From positions 64,001 through 128,000 of IMG/VR virus record IMGVR_UViG_3300013800_000004: a stretch of 64,000 bases of DNA, one strand, 5' to 3'. Source of the DNA: a virus (lineage: Duplodnaviria > Heunggongvirae > Uroviricota > Caudoviricetes). Every line of letters starts with the position of its first letter. The first letter of the stretch is position 1. A program made the position numbers and the translations under genes. The notes under the pieces are model-generated. The model was not told the origin of the DNA. It searched no databases and saw only the letters and a program-made list of their open reading frames with translations. Shown in pieces: positions 17,477 to 27,072 of the stretch.

Positions 17477-18132
17477 AACGAGACTTGTTGCAGGAATGCA
17501 ATGACCAGCGCATCCCCCCCAAGGACTTCACTCAGACGTTCTGCGTCAGGTGTCGCAACCCGGACTGTGTGAACGCCGGGTGGGCGGGGTCATCCTTTGA
17601 GCAGAGGGTGAGCACACAGGCCGACCGGTTGCTCATCAACCCTATCATGGCCCGCCCCGAGGACTCCAAGTTTGACCCCGTGCGGGCGATGCACTTCGTC
17701 GAGGTGGCGGCTGCCATCGCCCTGCGTCGCCGGGCCGACCCATGGGCTGGTCCTGGAGTGTTTCTCGCAGACCCTGATCCCACCACGGCCACCACCCCCG
17801 CGGTCGAGGACGCCGTGGCTCGATTGGCAGAAGCTCGCGGGAAGCGGCCCTCGGCGGTGTCTATCGAGGAGGAACCCGAGCTCTTCCCAGAGAGCCCTGT
17901 GGAGAGCGCCCCGGCTCCCCCAGCGCAACCCAGCACCCCCATGGCGGCGCCAGCACCTCCACCGCCCCCCGTGGTCCGCTCTACGGTCAACACGGAGTTC
18001 CCAGAGGAGGGTGTAATGTTGGGGGGGGCACTTCCCCCCACTCGTGAGGCTCCGGCACAGGCCGACCCATGGGCACCGAAACCGAAAACCAATGTCGTGC
18101 TCCCGGGCGCGAAGATCAGGATGGGCTCGTGA
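17473..18132 (+). CDS. hypothetical protein with Cys-rich N-terminus and Pro-rich linker
   Basis: ECND...FCVRCRNPDC. Confidence 0.75.
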   Translation: MKRDLLQECNDQRIPPKDFTQTFCVRCRNPDCVNAGWAGSSFEQRVSTQADRLLINPIMARPEDSKFDPVRAMHFVEVAAAIALRRRADPWAGPGVFLADPDPTTATTPAVEDAVARLAEARGKRPSAVSIEEEPELFPESPVESAPAPPAQPSTPMAAPAPPPPPVVRSTVNTEFPEEGVMLGGALPPTREAPAQADPWAPKPKTNVVLPGAKIRMGS

Positions 18133-18443
18133 TTCAGGCTATTATCGCCATTCTCCGTGCTGCACAGGGACGCAACCGTCGAGCGGTGGTCCTGGTCCCG
18201 GACGCATCGTATGAGGAGTCCTTGAAGGCCCTCGGGTGCATGTACTCGAACAACACCGGGAGGTCCGCAAGGATGTCCAACGGAGAGATTGTGTCCATCA
18301 TGACCCCTGTGGCATCCCTGGAGGATGTGGGGGAGGATTTCGACCTGTACCTGTCGGGGTGGGGGAGGGCGACGCCTCTGGAAGAGCGTGCCATGCTGAG
18401 GTGGACGGCAAAGGCAAGTGCCGTCTACAACGAGATCAGTTGA
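18129..18443 (+). CDS. hypothetical protein
   Basis: GTGA overlap; MIQAIIAILRAAQ... Confidence 0.65.
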   Translation: MIQAIIAILRAAQGRNRRAVVLVPDASYEESLKALGCMYSNNTGRSARMSNGEIVSIMTPVASLEDVGEDFDLYLSGWGRATPLEERAMLRWTAKASAVYNEIS

Positions 18444-18669
18444 GGGTCTTCTGGAGAGACTTCTCGAAGATGTCCAGGCACTCCCGGCTCAGGAGTACAA
18501 ACTTCATGTACTCGATCATTCGCATGGAGTGAGCGTACTCTTCGCTCTCCTCATCCTCGGCATACATCAGAAACTCCACCTCCCCGTCGGAACGAATGAC
18601 CACCGACACGTCCCCCTCTTCAAGCTCCAGAGTCCCGTCTGCCTCTGCCTCGTCGTGCATGTCGCTCAT
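18436..18669 (-). CDS. small acidic hypothetical protein
   Basis: GAGG before ATG; CTAT motif 14 nt upstream on the minus strand. Confidence 0.7.
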   Translation of the reverse strand: MSDMHDEAEADGTLELEEGDVSVVIRSDGEVEFLMYAEDEESEEYAHSMRMIEYMKFVLLSRECLDIFEKSLQKTLN

Positions 18670-18727
18670 ACCTCACTGGGCCGATAGGTAATGTACCAGA
18701 CAAGGCCAACAACAGGTAAGGTGGCGC

Positions 18728-19048
18728 ATGGCTGGTAACTGGTGGTTCGACAACCAAGGTCGAAACAATCTCGCGGGGATTCCGGGTGACCCGGACAATC
18801 CCGCAGTCCTCACCGATGACTGCATCGTGGACCTCCTCATCAACATCCCGGTCGCCAAGAAGGATTTTGAGGCCCTGGTCCCGACCATGACCCCGGACGA
18901 GCAAGTGCGGCTGAACGGTCTGGTGGCCCGGTACCCTATCACCCTCCAGCCGTTCCCCTTCAACGACCAGGAGGTCGAGGACAACTTCCAACGGTCACAG
19001 AACACTCCGGGAGTGCATGACCCGAACAACCGCCGGAGGCGGCGGTGA
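18728..19048 (+). CDS. hypothetical protein
   Basis: 106-aa ORF heading a coupled run of genes. Confidence 0.7.
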   Translation: MAGNWWFDNQGRNNLAGIPGDPDNPAVLTDDCIVDLLINIPVAKKDFEALVPTMTPDEQVRLNGLVARYPITLQPFPFNDQEVEDNFQRSQNTPGVHDPNNRRRRR

Positions 19049-19404
19049 GGGCCCTGGCACTTGCAGTCATCCTCTCGGGGTGCATGACAGTGTCCCGTGA
19101 CCGTGCCGTGTACGCCACAGAGGTGGCCTTCATCGACCGGATGGTTCGCGGGGGTGCCCCTGCGAACCGCGACGTGGTGGTCAACGGCTGCACCTGTACA
19201 GGTGCTGGGGTCTGGCGGTCGAACGCCGCTTGGATGACGGACGCTCAGTGTGCCCACCACGCCGAGTGGTGGGTGGTCTATACCTCTCGGTGGGGGTGGC
19301 ACCACAGTATGATGCTGTACAACGCGGGCCTGACACGGACCCGCCCCAGCCCTGCGGAGGCCTTGCCTCCCGTGACGTGTGCCCTTCCAGCGGGGGCATT
19401 GTGA
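19045..19404 (+). CDS. predicted lipoprotein
   Basis: MRALALAVILSG-C lipobox; four further Cys. Confidence 0.7.
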   Translation: MRALALAVILSGCMTVSRDRAVYATEVAFIDRMVRGGAPANRDVVVNGCTCTGAGVWRSNAAWMTDAQCAHHAEWWVVYTSRWGWHHSMMLYNAGLTRTRPSPAEALPPVTCALPAGAL

Positions 19405-19721
19405 GCCCCTATACGGAGCACCTCTTGGTGAGTCTCCGAACCCATCCGGTTCGAGAGCCCTGGGAGAGGATTGTTGCAGACGTGGGGGTGTCCGTCCTTG
19501 CCCGTGAGGGCCTTGACGGACTGTCCAAGGTGGTGGATGCCCCAGGGGGTTTCGACCCCACACTGCTCTCCCCTCGGGAGATGAGTGAGATCTTGGTGGT
19601 ACTGGAAAATGCGGAGGCCGACCGACTGGAACGGTCCCGCGAGATTCTCAGGGAAGTCCTTGCTTTTGCCCTCAAGGCGGCGGGGGAGCTCCTGAAAGCT
19701 GCGCTTGGAGGTCTTCTGTGA
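19401..19721 (+). CDS. hypothetical protein with amphipathic C-terminus
   Basis: GTGA overlap; ends VLAFALKAAGELLKAALGGLL. Confidence 0.7.
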   Translation: MSPYTEHLLVSLRTHPVREPWERIVADVGVSVLAREGLDGLSKVVDAPGGFDPTLLSPREMSEILVVLENAEADRLERSREILREVLAFALKAAGELLKAALGGLL

Positions 19722-20122
19722 AGGGAACGATTCGCCGGTATCTCACGGAGAAGCACTATGGCTTCATCACCCCCGAGAGTGGCCCTGAGGTTTTTTTTCA
19801 CCTGTCGGTGTTCCAGGCGGGGGACGACGGACCCCCGCCCATCACGGGTGAACTGGTGGAGTACGAGCTTGGGGAAGCGACCCGTGCCGCTAGTGTGGTC
19901 CGTCAGGTGACCCCGTCGTCCCATGTGGGCACGGTGGCATCCTACGACCCTGTGAAGGGGTATGGGTTCATCACCACCACGACAGGTCAGTTCTACCTCC
20001 ACAAGTCCGAGGTGATCGGCGGGCTCATTCCCACAGTGGGCTCACGGCTGGACTTCTTCACGACAGACAACTCAACCCCGGGGAAGAGCCCTCGGGCCTG
20101 CTACGTGGCGGTGCTCCAATGA
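19718..20122 (+). CDS. tandem cold-shock-domain protein (2 x CSD)
   Basis: KHYGFITPESGPEVFFHLS and KGYGFITTTTGQFYLHKS. Confidence 0.9.
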   Translation: MKGTIRRYLTEKHYGFITPESGPEVFFHLSVFQAGDDGPPPITGELVEYELGEATRAASVVRQVTPSSHVGTVASYDPVKGYGFITTTTGQFYLHKSEVIGGLIPTVGSRLDFFTTDNSTPGKSPRACYVAVLQ

Positions 20123-20679
20123 GTGGCCAGAACGCCTTCGGGGGGAAGAACCCCAACAGCCTGTACGTCCCGATGTCAGAGGTCGAACAGGAGTTCGTGA
20201 GCCGCCTCATCGAGGCGGGGGATCTCCAGGTGAGAGTCCACGGCTGGGGCATCGTCCCCAACCCCACGGTGAAGCAGGGGGACCAGCAAGTGATCATCCC
20301 CCTCACGCTGAAGTTCGACCGCCCGGAGATCCCCATGGCGGTCCGTTCGCTCGACCTGGAGCTCCTCACAGGGTCAGGGATCTCGCTCTTCCGGGAGACT
20401 CAATCCTGCGAGTACAACGGCCAGCCTCTGTGGATCGGGTCAGGCACCCGGATCGACATGATCTGGCATATCGCCATCCGAGCGATGGACCCCAACCTCG
20501 TCAAGAGCCTCATGCCAGGAGTGAGGGGGCTGACCTCTCGCGCGTTCGACAAGGACACCGGGGCACTCACCCACACTGGGAACATGAAGCTCGACCCCAC
20601 CCAGCGGAAACTCCTGGACATCATCCGCCAGGGCGAGGCCAACCTCCGGGCCGACCGAGAGTCAAAGATCATCCCCTGA
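20119..20679 (+). CDS. hypothetical protein
   Basis: 186-aa ORF with ATGA overlap. Confidence 0.75.
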   Translation: MSGQNAFGGKNPNSLYVPMSEVEQEFVSRLIEAGDLQVRVHGWGIVPNPTVKQGDQQVIIPLTLKFDRPEIPMAVRSLDLELLTGSGISLFRETQSCEYNGQPLWIGSGTRIDMIWHIAIRAMDPNLVKSLMPGVRGLTSRAFDKDTGALTHTGNMKLDPTQRKLLDIIRQGEANLRADRESKIIP

Positions 20680-20730
20680 CGCCCCTATCAAGGTGGAGTC
20701 TATGATGCCCCCACCTTGATAGGGGCGTCA
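20677..20730. terminator. perfect 20-bp inverted repeat, 14-nt loop
   Basis: TGACGCCCCTATCAAGGTGG / CCACCTTGATAGGGGCGTCA at the end of the operon. Confidence 0.65.
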
Positions 20731-20780
20731 CCTGGACTGACGGAGGATTGCGGTAGGAGGTCTATACATCACCGCGGTGT

Positions 20781-23700
20781 ATGGACAGCCTTCCACGCCG
20801 AGTCGCCACCCGAAGCATCGCCTCCGCCTTTCAGCCCAAGCAGGAGCCGATGACTGCGTACATGGACTGGTTGGACAACAACCCAGCCCTTTCCCGGATC
20901 ACGACGTTGACGCCGACCCTCAATCGGCAACTGCGACTGAGTTTTCGGGCATTCCCGGCGGCTCTCCAGTTCTTCGCTCTCACGGACCAGATCCACCACA
21001 TGTCCCTTGGGGCTCCAGTGGAGGATCTCTCGCAGGAGTTTCGTCGGGCTGCGAGGGCCCTGTCCCAGGGAGCCATCAAAGTCCTGGACGACGAGCGTGG
21101 GGCTGAGGTTGCGAATGCAATCACGGACTGCGCGCAGGACGTGGCCGTGGACCTCCGACGCATCGGGGCGGGCGCCACAGGCCAACTCTTCACCAAGGTG
21201 GGCACTGCCATCGCCTTGGTGCTGGAGAAGCTGTCCCGCGCGCTGGGTCTTTCGGCGGGCTACCGGATGGTGACGGTGGACGGCACACGCTGGCCCCAGG
21301 TCCGTATCCTCACGAAGCGGGAGGAGGCCCTCAAGGATCTCCAGGCGAACAACCCGCAGATGTATGACGAGGTTACGGCCAACAGCGAACAGGCTGCGAG
21401 GGCCGTGGCTCAAGCCCACAAGGTGATCACGGAGACCGGGCTGGTCCCGACCACCATCAACGTGGACGGTGCCCCCATCCCTGCTGGTGAGGAGTACGTC
21501 TCCAAGGAGAAGATCGTGTTCCCTCCCGAGGGTGGCGCCCTCCCGGAGCGCGAGTTCCGCCGAGACCTCAACAACCGCAAGAAGTCCGAGACGCTTCTCA
21601 CGAGCGAGTTCCGAACGGGCTTCGAGACCCTCCGTCCTGACGCCCTCCAGTACGAGGGGCTTCGCAAGCTCACGGACGAAGATCTCGCCAACCCCGCGGT
21701 GATCCCGCCCGGTCAGAAGATCGAGTACCGGGCACTGACCGACGACAAGTCCTTCTCCAAGAAGGCGAACACCCGGATCTACCCGACCATGCGAGACGTG
21801 GACGGCAACACCGTCATCGTCGATGGCAGGTTCAAGGGGTTCAACCTCGACGACATGGTCAACAAGGTCGGTCGTCTGGTGGAGGGCGCGGCCTACGACG
21901 TGGACTCCTCGGGGGTGCCTATCCCGTTTGAGACCCGCGACTGGGAGGGCAACCTCACGGACGTGTCTGCCAACAAGGAGCCCTACGTCACCCTGGACTC
22001 CAAGGGTCGGTTCCTCATCAAGATCCCCTACATGCAGGGCGGCGGCGGGAAGAAGGACCCGTTCAAGATCTCCCGCGACAAGATGCAGATGGTCTCGTCA
22101 AAGGCCCCCAAGAAGAACGACAAGGGGGAGATGACGGGGGGTCGGACCAAGGGGACTTCCATCACCGAGGTGGCAGACACCCAGAAGACCACCTACACCT
22201 TCGAGGCGAAGGATTTTGCCACGGTGCGTGCGTCGGTGGGCGGCATGGTGATGTCCAGTGAGGCGGCCAAGAAGCTCCGCGACTTCTACGCACAGATGGG
22301 CCGTCAAGAGGACGCCCTCAAGGCAGACTCCCTGAAGTCGTACTCCCTGGACCGCATCGGTGGGTTCAAGGTTGAGATGGTGATCGACCCCGAGACGGGC
22401 GAGCCGTTTGACCCCCCGAAGCTGACCAAGGATCTCCTGGGCAAGCAGAAGGAGGCCCTGTCGTGGATCGAGTCCAAGGGGTACTCGGGCCTCGCTGCCC
22501 TCGACACTGGCGTGGGCAAGACGCTCCTGTGCATCGCGACGATGCAGAAGATGACCCGCGACGGCGCCGCAGACGAGGGGTCTCGGTTCCTCTATGTCTG
22601 CCCCAAGAAGCTCAAGGGCAACCTGCCTCGGGAGCTCAAGGCGTGGCTGACGACCGAAGCCGAAGCGGGTCTGAGCTCCCGGGTGGACGTGCTCTCGTAC
22701 GAGGAGTTTGTGGCTCGCCGCAACGGCGGGACGCGGGTGAAGAAGGTGCTGGACCCCATCACTGGGAAGATGGTCACCGAGCGGAATCCGGTTCTGGACG
22801 CTGATGGCAACCCCGTCCTGGACGACAAGGGCAGGCCCGTGATGAAGTCGGTCACGGAGAAGGTCCCCCCGGATGAGACCTTCGGGATGAACCCCCCGTA
22901 CGCCGCGGTGTTCTTTGACGAGGCGCAGGCCCTGGTCAAGAACGAGAACTCCAATGTGTCCAGGGCGGCCCAGACGCTGAACCACCCCCGGAAGATCCTC
23001 CTCACGGCGTCGCCCATGGAGGACGATCCCGACGAGCTCTACGTCGGCATCGCGATCACCAAGAACACGGTTGTCGCGTCGGGGGGCAAGGGGAAGCTCA
23101 CACAGGCCCGCAAAGACCTCATGGCGTTCCGCAAGCGGTTCTGTGTCCGTGTGGCGGGCCGCACGGTGGGCATCAAGTCGGACACGGAGAAGGACCCGAC
23201 AGCACGTCAGGACTTCATGGCATGGGCGAAGGACGGGATGTACTTCGCGAACAAGCTGGACGTGACTGAGGAGAGGCTCAAGCTCCAGAAGCCCCTCCGC
23301 CAGTCGGTTTCCCTCTCCATGGACCCCGCCGTGGAGGCTGAGTACAAGCTCGCAGCCAAGGGTGTGGCGAAGGTGCTCAAGGCCCTGGTGGGTGTCTACC
23401 GAGACAACACCAAGCCCACCCCCGCCCTGAAGCAGCAGGTTGAGGCCTACCAGAAGGCCCTGAGCGGGTACATGGGCGTGCTCAATGCCCTCTCGAACTA
23501 CCCTGGGGATGTGGTGGACCCGAAGACGGGCCAGCCCAAGTTCCCGGGCGCGGTAAGCCCGAAGGTGGCAGCCAGCACGATGCTGGTGAACAGCAAGATC
23601 GAGAGTGGCGGGAAGCGCACTCTGTTGTTCACGGACGACCCCAAGTTCGCGGAGAAGTCCGCGATGCAGATCAGCGCGAACACACCGGGCCATCGGGTGG

Positions 23701-24299
23701 CCGTGGCTCTCGCCAGCAAGATCATGGTGTTCCAGGATGGGGAGCACAAGAACCCCAAGGAGAACACGTTCACCTCGCGCATCTACAGGGACAAGGACGG
23801 GAACAAGGTCCCCAAGGACCAGTGGGCCACGTTTGTGCTCCGGGAGATCATCGGGGCTGACCCGTCCATCAAGGCCCTGGTTCTCACCAAGACCTATGCG
23901 CTGGGGCAGAACCTCCAGATGTTCTCCACGGTGGTCCACCTCGACCGCGACTCGTTCTCCAACGAGATGATGAAGCAGCGCACCGCACGGGCGTGGCGCA
24001 CGGGTCAGAAGGAAGTCGTTGAGGAGTACACGATGGACGCCGTGTATGATTCCCCGGACGAGGCGAGGGACCCGACGGTAGATGAAGTCCGCAAGTACAT
24101 CCAGGAGTCTCAGGAGGGTGTGTTCAACAGCATCGTCCATGAGTCCCGCAATGCCATCATCGGCCAGGAGTGGCGGGAGATGGGCAATGTGAGCGCAGAA
24201 CTGGTGAGTGTGAACCGGAAGCTGTTCGAGCTCGCGATGGCCCCCTACCCGGCTGCGCTGGGGGAGCACGACTACGAACAATCCGTGAAGGGCGAGTGA
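20781..24299 (+). CDS. large SNF2-family helicase/ATPase with ~560-aa N-terminal extension, probably virion-associated
   Basis: ALDTGVGKT (I), FFDEAQ (II), LLTASP (III), ALGQNLQ (V), QRTARAWRTGQ (VI); N-terminal RRVATRSIASA; CTAT motif upstream. Confidence 0.85.
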   Translation: MDSLPRRVATRSIASAFQPKQEPMTAYMDWLDNNPALSRITTLTPTLNRQLRLSFRAFPAALQFFALTDQIHHMSLGAPVEDLSQEFRRAARALSQGAIKVLDDERGAEVANAITDCAQDVAVDLRRIGAGATGQLFTKVGTAIALVLEKLSRALGLSAGYRMVTVDGTRWPQVRILTKREEALKDLQANNPQMYDEVTANSEQAARAVAQAHKVITETGLVPTTINVDGAPIPAGEEYVSKEKIVFPPEGGALPEREFRRDLNNRKKSETLLTSEFRTGFETLRPDALQYEGLRKLTDEDLANPAVIPPGQKIEYRALTDDKSFSKKANTRIYPTMRDVDGNTVIVDGRFKGFNLDDMVNKVGRLVEGAAYDVDSSGVPIPFETRDWEGNLTDVSANKEPYVTLDSKGRFLIKIPYMQGGGGKKDPFKISRDKMQMVSSKAPKKNDKGEMTGGRTKGTSITEVADTQKTTYTFEAKDFATVRASVGGMVMSSEAAKKLRDFYAQMGRQEDALKADSLKSYSLDRIGGFKVEMVIDPETGEPFDPPKLTKDLLGKQKEALSWIESKGYSGLAALDTGVGKTLLCIATMQKMTRDGAADEGSRFLYVCPKKLKGNLPRELKAWLTTEAEAGLSSRVDVLSYEEFVARRNGGTRVKKVLDPITGKMVTERNPVLDADGNPVLDDKGRPVMKSVTEKVPPDETFGMNPPYAAVFFDEAQALVKNENSNVSRAAQTLNHPRKILLTASPMEDDPDELYVGIAITKNTVVASGGKGKLTQARKDLMAFRKRFCVRVAGRTVGIKSDTEKDPTARQDFMAWAKDGMYFANKLDVTEERLKLQKPLRQSVSLSMDPAVEAEYKLAAKGVAKVLKALVGVYRDNTKPTPALKQQVEAYQKALSGYMGVLNALSNYPGDVVDPKTGQPKFPGAVSPKVAASTMLVNSKIESGGKRTLLFTDDPKFAEKSAMQISANTPGHRVAVALASKIMVFQDGEHKNPKENTFTSRIYRDKDGNKVPKDQWATFVLREIIGADPSIKALVLTKTYALGQNLQMFSTVVHLDRDSFSNEMMKQRTARAWRTGQKEVVEEYTMDAVYDSPDEARDPTVDEVRKYIQESQEGVFNSIVHESRNAIIGQEWREMGNVSAELVSVNRKLFELAMAPYPAALGEHDYEQSVKGE

Positions 24300-24307
24300 G
24301 GACCAAG

Positions 24308-24607
24308 ATGGCTGACACCGAGACTGAGAAGAACACCACGGCGGACAACCCCGTCACCATGGGGGAGTGGGCCGCCTACGTGGAGGGACTCTCCAACGAC
24401 GAAGAGCTCTACGAGATCGCGATGGCGGCTGGCACCGTCAAGTTCGGTCGAAAGCTCCTCGACGAGGGCTACCCGGCCTCCGACATCACGGCGATCCGTA
24501 CCATGATCGCCCAGAAGCTCCTGGAACAGGAGATCGCCCCCCCGACCCGTGTGGGTGGGTGCCAGATCGACTACCGGGCGCTCCTCCCTGGTCAGTTCAA
24601 GTTCTGA
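24308..24607 (+). CDS. hypothetical protein
   Basis: ATG 24308; MADTETEKNT... Confidence 0.7.
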   Translation: MADTETEKNTTADNPVTMGEWAAYVEGLSNDEELYEIAMAAGTVKFGRKLLDEGYPASDITAIRTMIAQKLLEQEIAPPTRVGGCQIDYRALLPGQFKF

Positions 24608-24654
24608 CCTAGTTTCCCGCCCCGCCCTAACTGTCCTATCAGTGCGTCCGTGTG

Positions 24655-27072
24655 ATGCACAGGTCTCAGCCCATCGCAGTCGTTCGGGTGCTCAACCCCG
24701 GGGACAGGCCCCCCTTGAATACGGGGGCCTGTAAGTCCGCCGGGGTGGCCACCATGATCGACCCGGCGTGGGTGAAGGGGTTGCGGGCATGGGTGCGAAA
24801 GACCTTCACCCCGAAGGCCCGGTACGCCTCGATGGATGATCTCGTTGGTCACTTCAAGACCCTGCGAGACAAAGACCTCAACCGGTTCTGGGAGTACCTG
24901 TTCTACACAAAGGGGCTCCTTCCTCGTGGCGAGGGGTACGAGGGCAGCATCATCGAGAGACTGAAGGTCAAGGTCCGCGACGAGATCAAGGCCGCTCGGG
25001 AGCTTCTCGACAATGACCTGTCAAAGTTCCAGCACGCCCTCGACGCGATGACTCCTGGCACCCGCACCTACGAGTTGGACCAGAAGCAAGGTCCACAGTG
25101 GTCGGTGCTGGGGTTCTACCAACGGGTGAATCCCTCAGACCCCTTTGGGGCGGCGCTTAGGGGGTTCGAGGATGTAGCGAAGGAGACTCTCACCAAGGTC
25201 GAGGACATCCTGTCAGGCAAGCTGCTGAGGGCGATCACGGCATTTCTCAGCAAGTACAGCGAGGGTTTGCCCTTTGAGCCTGACGAGATTCTGCTGGAGT
25301 ACAACATCGGACGGGTCAAGCTCGTGTACGACGGCGAGCCCGACCGCAATCTCATCAATCGTCCCGACCCCGCCGACCCTCGCGGGTTGTCTGACTACAT
25401 CCCGTACTTCAGGAAGGCCAAGGCTCTCCTCGACCGGAAGGGCCTTGGCAAACTCTGGTACGGACCTGTCTTCGTCGGGTGCCCCAAGTGTGGTGGGGAG
25501 AACCCCCTTGGGAAGGAGTTCGGTGTGGGTGCCCACTACATGCCCGGACCGGACCATGTCGTAGTGTACATCAACCCCAGGGATTTCCTGGTCGATCTCC
25601 TCATTCATGAGCTCGGGCACCGGTACTACTACAAGTTCATGTCCGCCTCGGACCGAGCCCGCTTCGACAGCTACTTCAAGGAGGTCGCCGCGGTGTCCGA
25701 CTACGGGGGGAAGGCCACCGAGGAGGACTTTGCAGAGGTGTTCGCACACTTCGTCCTGGGGAAGGACATGACCCGGGACCAGACCGAGAGATTCAAGGCG
25801 TTCCTCTCCAAGGAAGACCGGGGGCGGTTGGTGCCTCTCGCCCGCGAGGCCCTGCTCGCGGACCCTCACCTCACGGACGAGGATCTACACCGCGCCCTTC
25901 GGCGCTCTCTTGGTGGAGGTCGAAGGGCTTCCCACCAGGACGGCTACAATGTCTCCCACAAGGCGGACATCCCCCTGCCGTTGGGGGTGGGCGGATTTCT
26001 AAACCAAACAGGCAACGAGGCCCCCGTCATGATGCGTCACGCGACACAGCCCCCATTGGACTCCCTTCAGGTTCTCACCGACGAGGTGGTGGCGCTGGAG
26101 TCCCTCGCGTCGGAGATCCAGACCGTGGTGGACACGTTCCTGGAGACCGTGCCCATGCCCCATGTGGGACGCATCGCGGCCCTCCAGCTTCGGTCCCAGA
26201 CCGAGTGCTTCACCAAGTGCGAACACGCCGCCCGGCACGCCCAGCGGGTCATCAACAAGGCGTACACCTTCATCCAAGCGCATCCTGGCAACGCCACGGC
26301 GACTGCGGTGATCAGGGATGCCGGGATGCTCCTGGAGAAGTTCGACACCTATCGGGTGAAGTCCCGAGAGATGCTGTCCGCCATGGCCCAGAAGATCATG
26401 CCGACGGCCCTCAAGAGCACCGTGTCGTATGTCGTAGACGGGGTGCGGGCTGAGCTCTACGAGCCCAACCGCCTGTCCGTGACGGTGTTCCCGCACTTCG
26501 TCCCCACGAAGGTGGGCGACAACATGGTGGATGGGATGGTGTTCGACACCTACCTCACGGTGTACCCCCTCCCTCACGAGACCGCACCCAAGTACCAGCA
26601 GTTTGTGCTCACCCAGAGCACCATCGGAGACACCAACGTGTACATCAAGGCCATCGACCGGACAAACGTCCTTGACCCCCCCAAGGACAAGGCGGTGGGG
26701 GCGCCCGCCGCGGTGAGGGTGGTCCTGGGCTACCTCGCGGGATGGGACAACCTGCTCTCCGTCCACACCACCAAGGTGGCGGCGAAGACGGCACTCACGC
26801 CGGACGGCGTGACGAAGTTCCTGGCCACCGAGATCAAGAAGATCCCCGGAGTGAAGGTGAAGTCCACCAAGAACTCCATCATCATGGAGCCTGGACCCCT
26901 TGATCAAGACGGTGGAGATCACGAACCTCGACAAGCTCGCCGCCCCGTTCAGGATGACCTTGCACAACGGGATGGTCGGGTGGGGCTGGGACGGCTTCCG
27001 CAAGCCCTCTCCGGTGTTCCACGACACCCACAACACCCTGAAGCTCGGGGTGGTGTTCGACGGGAAGCGTGA
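24655..27072 (+). CDS. multidomain virion-type protein with zincin metallopeptidase motif; last ~57 codons look out of frame
   Basis: LLIHELGHRYY...VSDYG..ATEEDFAEVF; CTAT motif 15 nt upstream. Confidence 0.75.
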   Translation: MHRSQPIAVVRVLNPGDRPPLNTGACKSAGVATMIDPAWVKGLRAWVRKTFTPKARYASMDDLVGHFKTLRDKDLNRFWEYLFYTKGLLPRGEGYEGSIIERLKVKVRDEIKAARELLDNDLSKFQHALDAMTPGTRTYELDQKQGPQWSVLGFYQRVNPSDPFGAALRGFEDVAKETLTKVEDILSGKLLRAITAFLSKYSEGLPFEPDEILLEYNIGRVKLVYDGEPDRNLINRPDPADPRGLSDYIPYFRKAKALLDRKGLGKLWYGPVFVGCPKCGGENPLGKEFGVGAHYMPGPDHVVVYINPRDFLVDLLIHELGHRYYYKFMSASDRARFDSYFKEVAAVSDYGGKATEEDFAEVFAHFVLGKDMTRDQTERFKAFLSKEDRGRLVPLAREALLADPHLTDEDLHRALRRSLGGGRRASHQDGYNVSHKADIPLPLGVGGFLNQTGNEAPVMMRHATQPPLDSLQVLTDEVVALESLASEIQTVVDTFLETVPMPHVGRIAALQLRSQTECFTKCEHAARHAQRVINKAYTFIQAHPGNATATAVIRDAGMLLEKFDTYRVKSREMLSAMAQKIMPTALKSTVSYVVDGVRAELYEPNRLSVTVFPHFVPTKVGDNMVDGMVFDTYLTVYPLPHETAPKYQQFVLTQSTIGDTNVYIKAIDRTNVLDPPKDKAVGAPAAVRVVLGYLAGWDNLLSVHTTKVAAKTALTPDGVTKFLATEIKKIPGVKVKSTKNSIIMEPGPLDQDGGDHEPRQARRPVQDDLAQRDGRVGLGRLPQALSGVPRHPQHPEARGGVRREA

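Noticed and set aside
19791-19798. T8 run in the cold-shock gene as a programmed frameshift or phase-variation site
   Set aside because: It encodes the conserved VFF of RNP2, the gene is intact, and I identified no meaningful alternative-frame product.
8286-24281. Long antisense ORFs such as 8286-9791, 13897-14997 and 22098-24281
   Set aside because: They are shadows of high-GC3 sense genes, with R/G/P/L/V-biased composition and no motifs.
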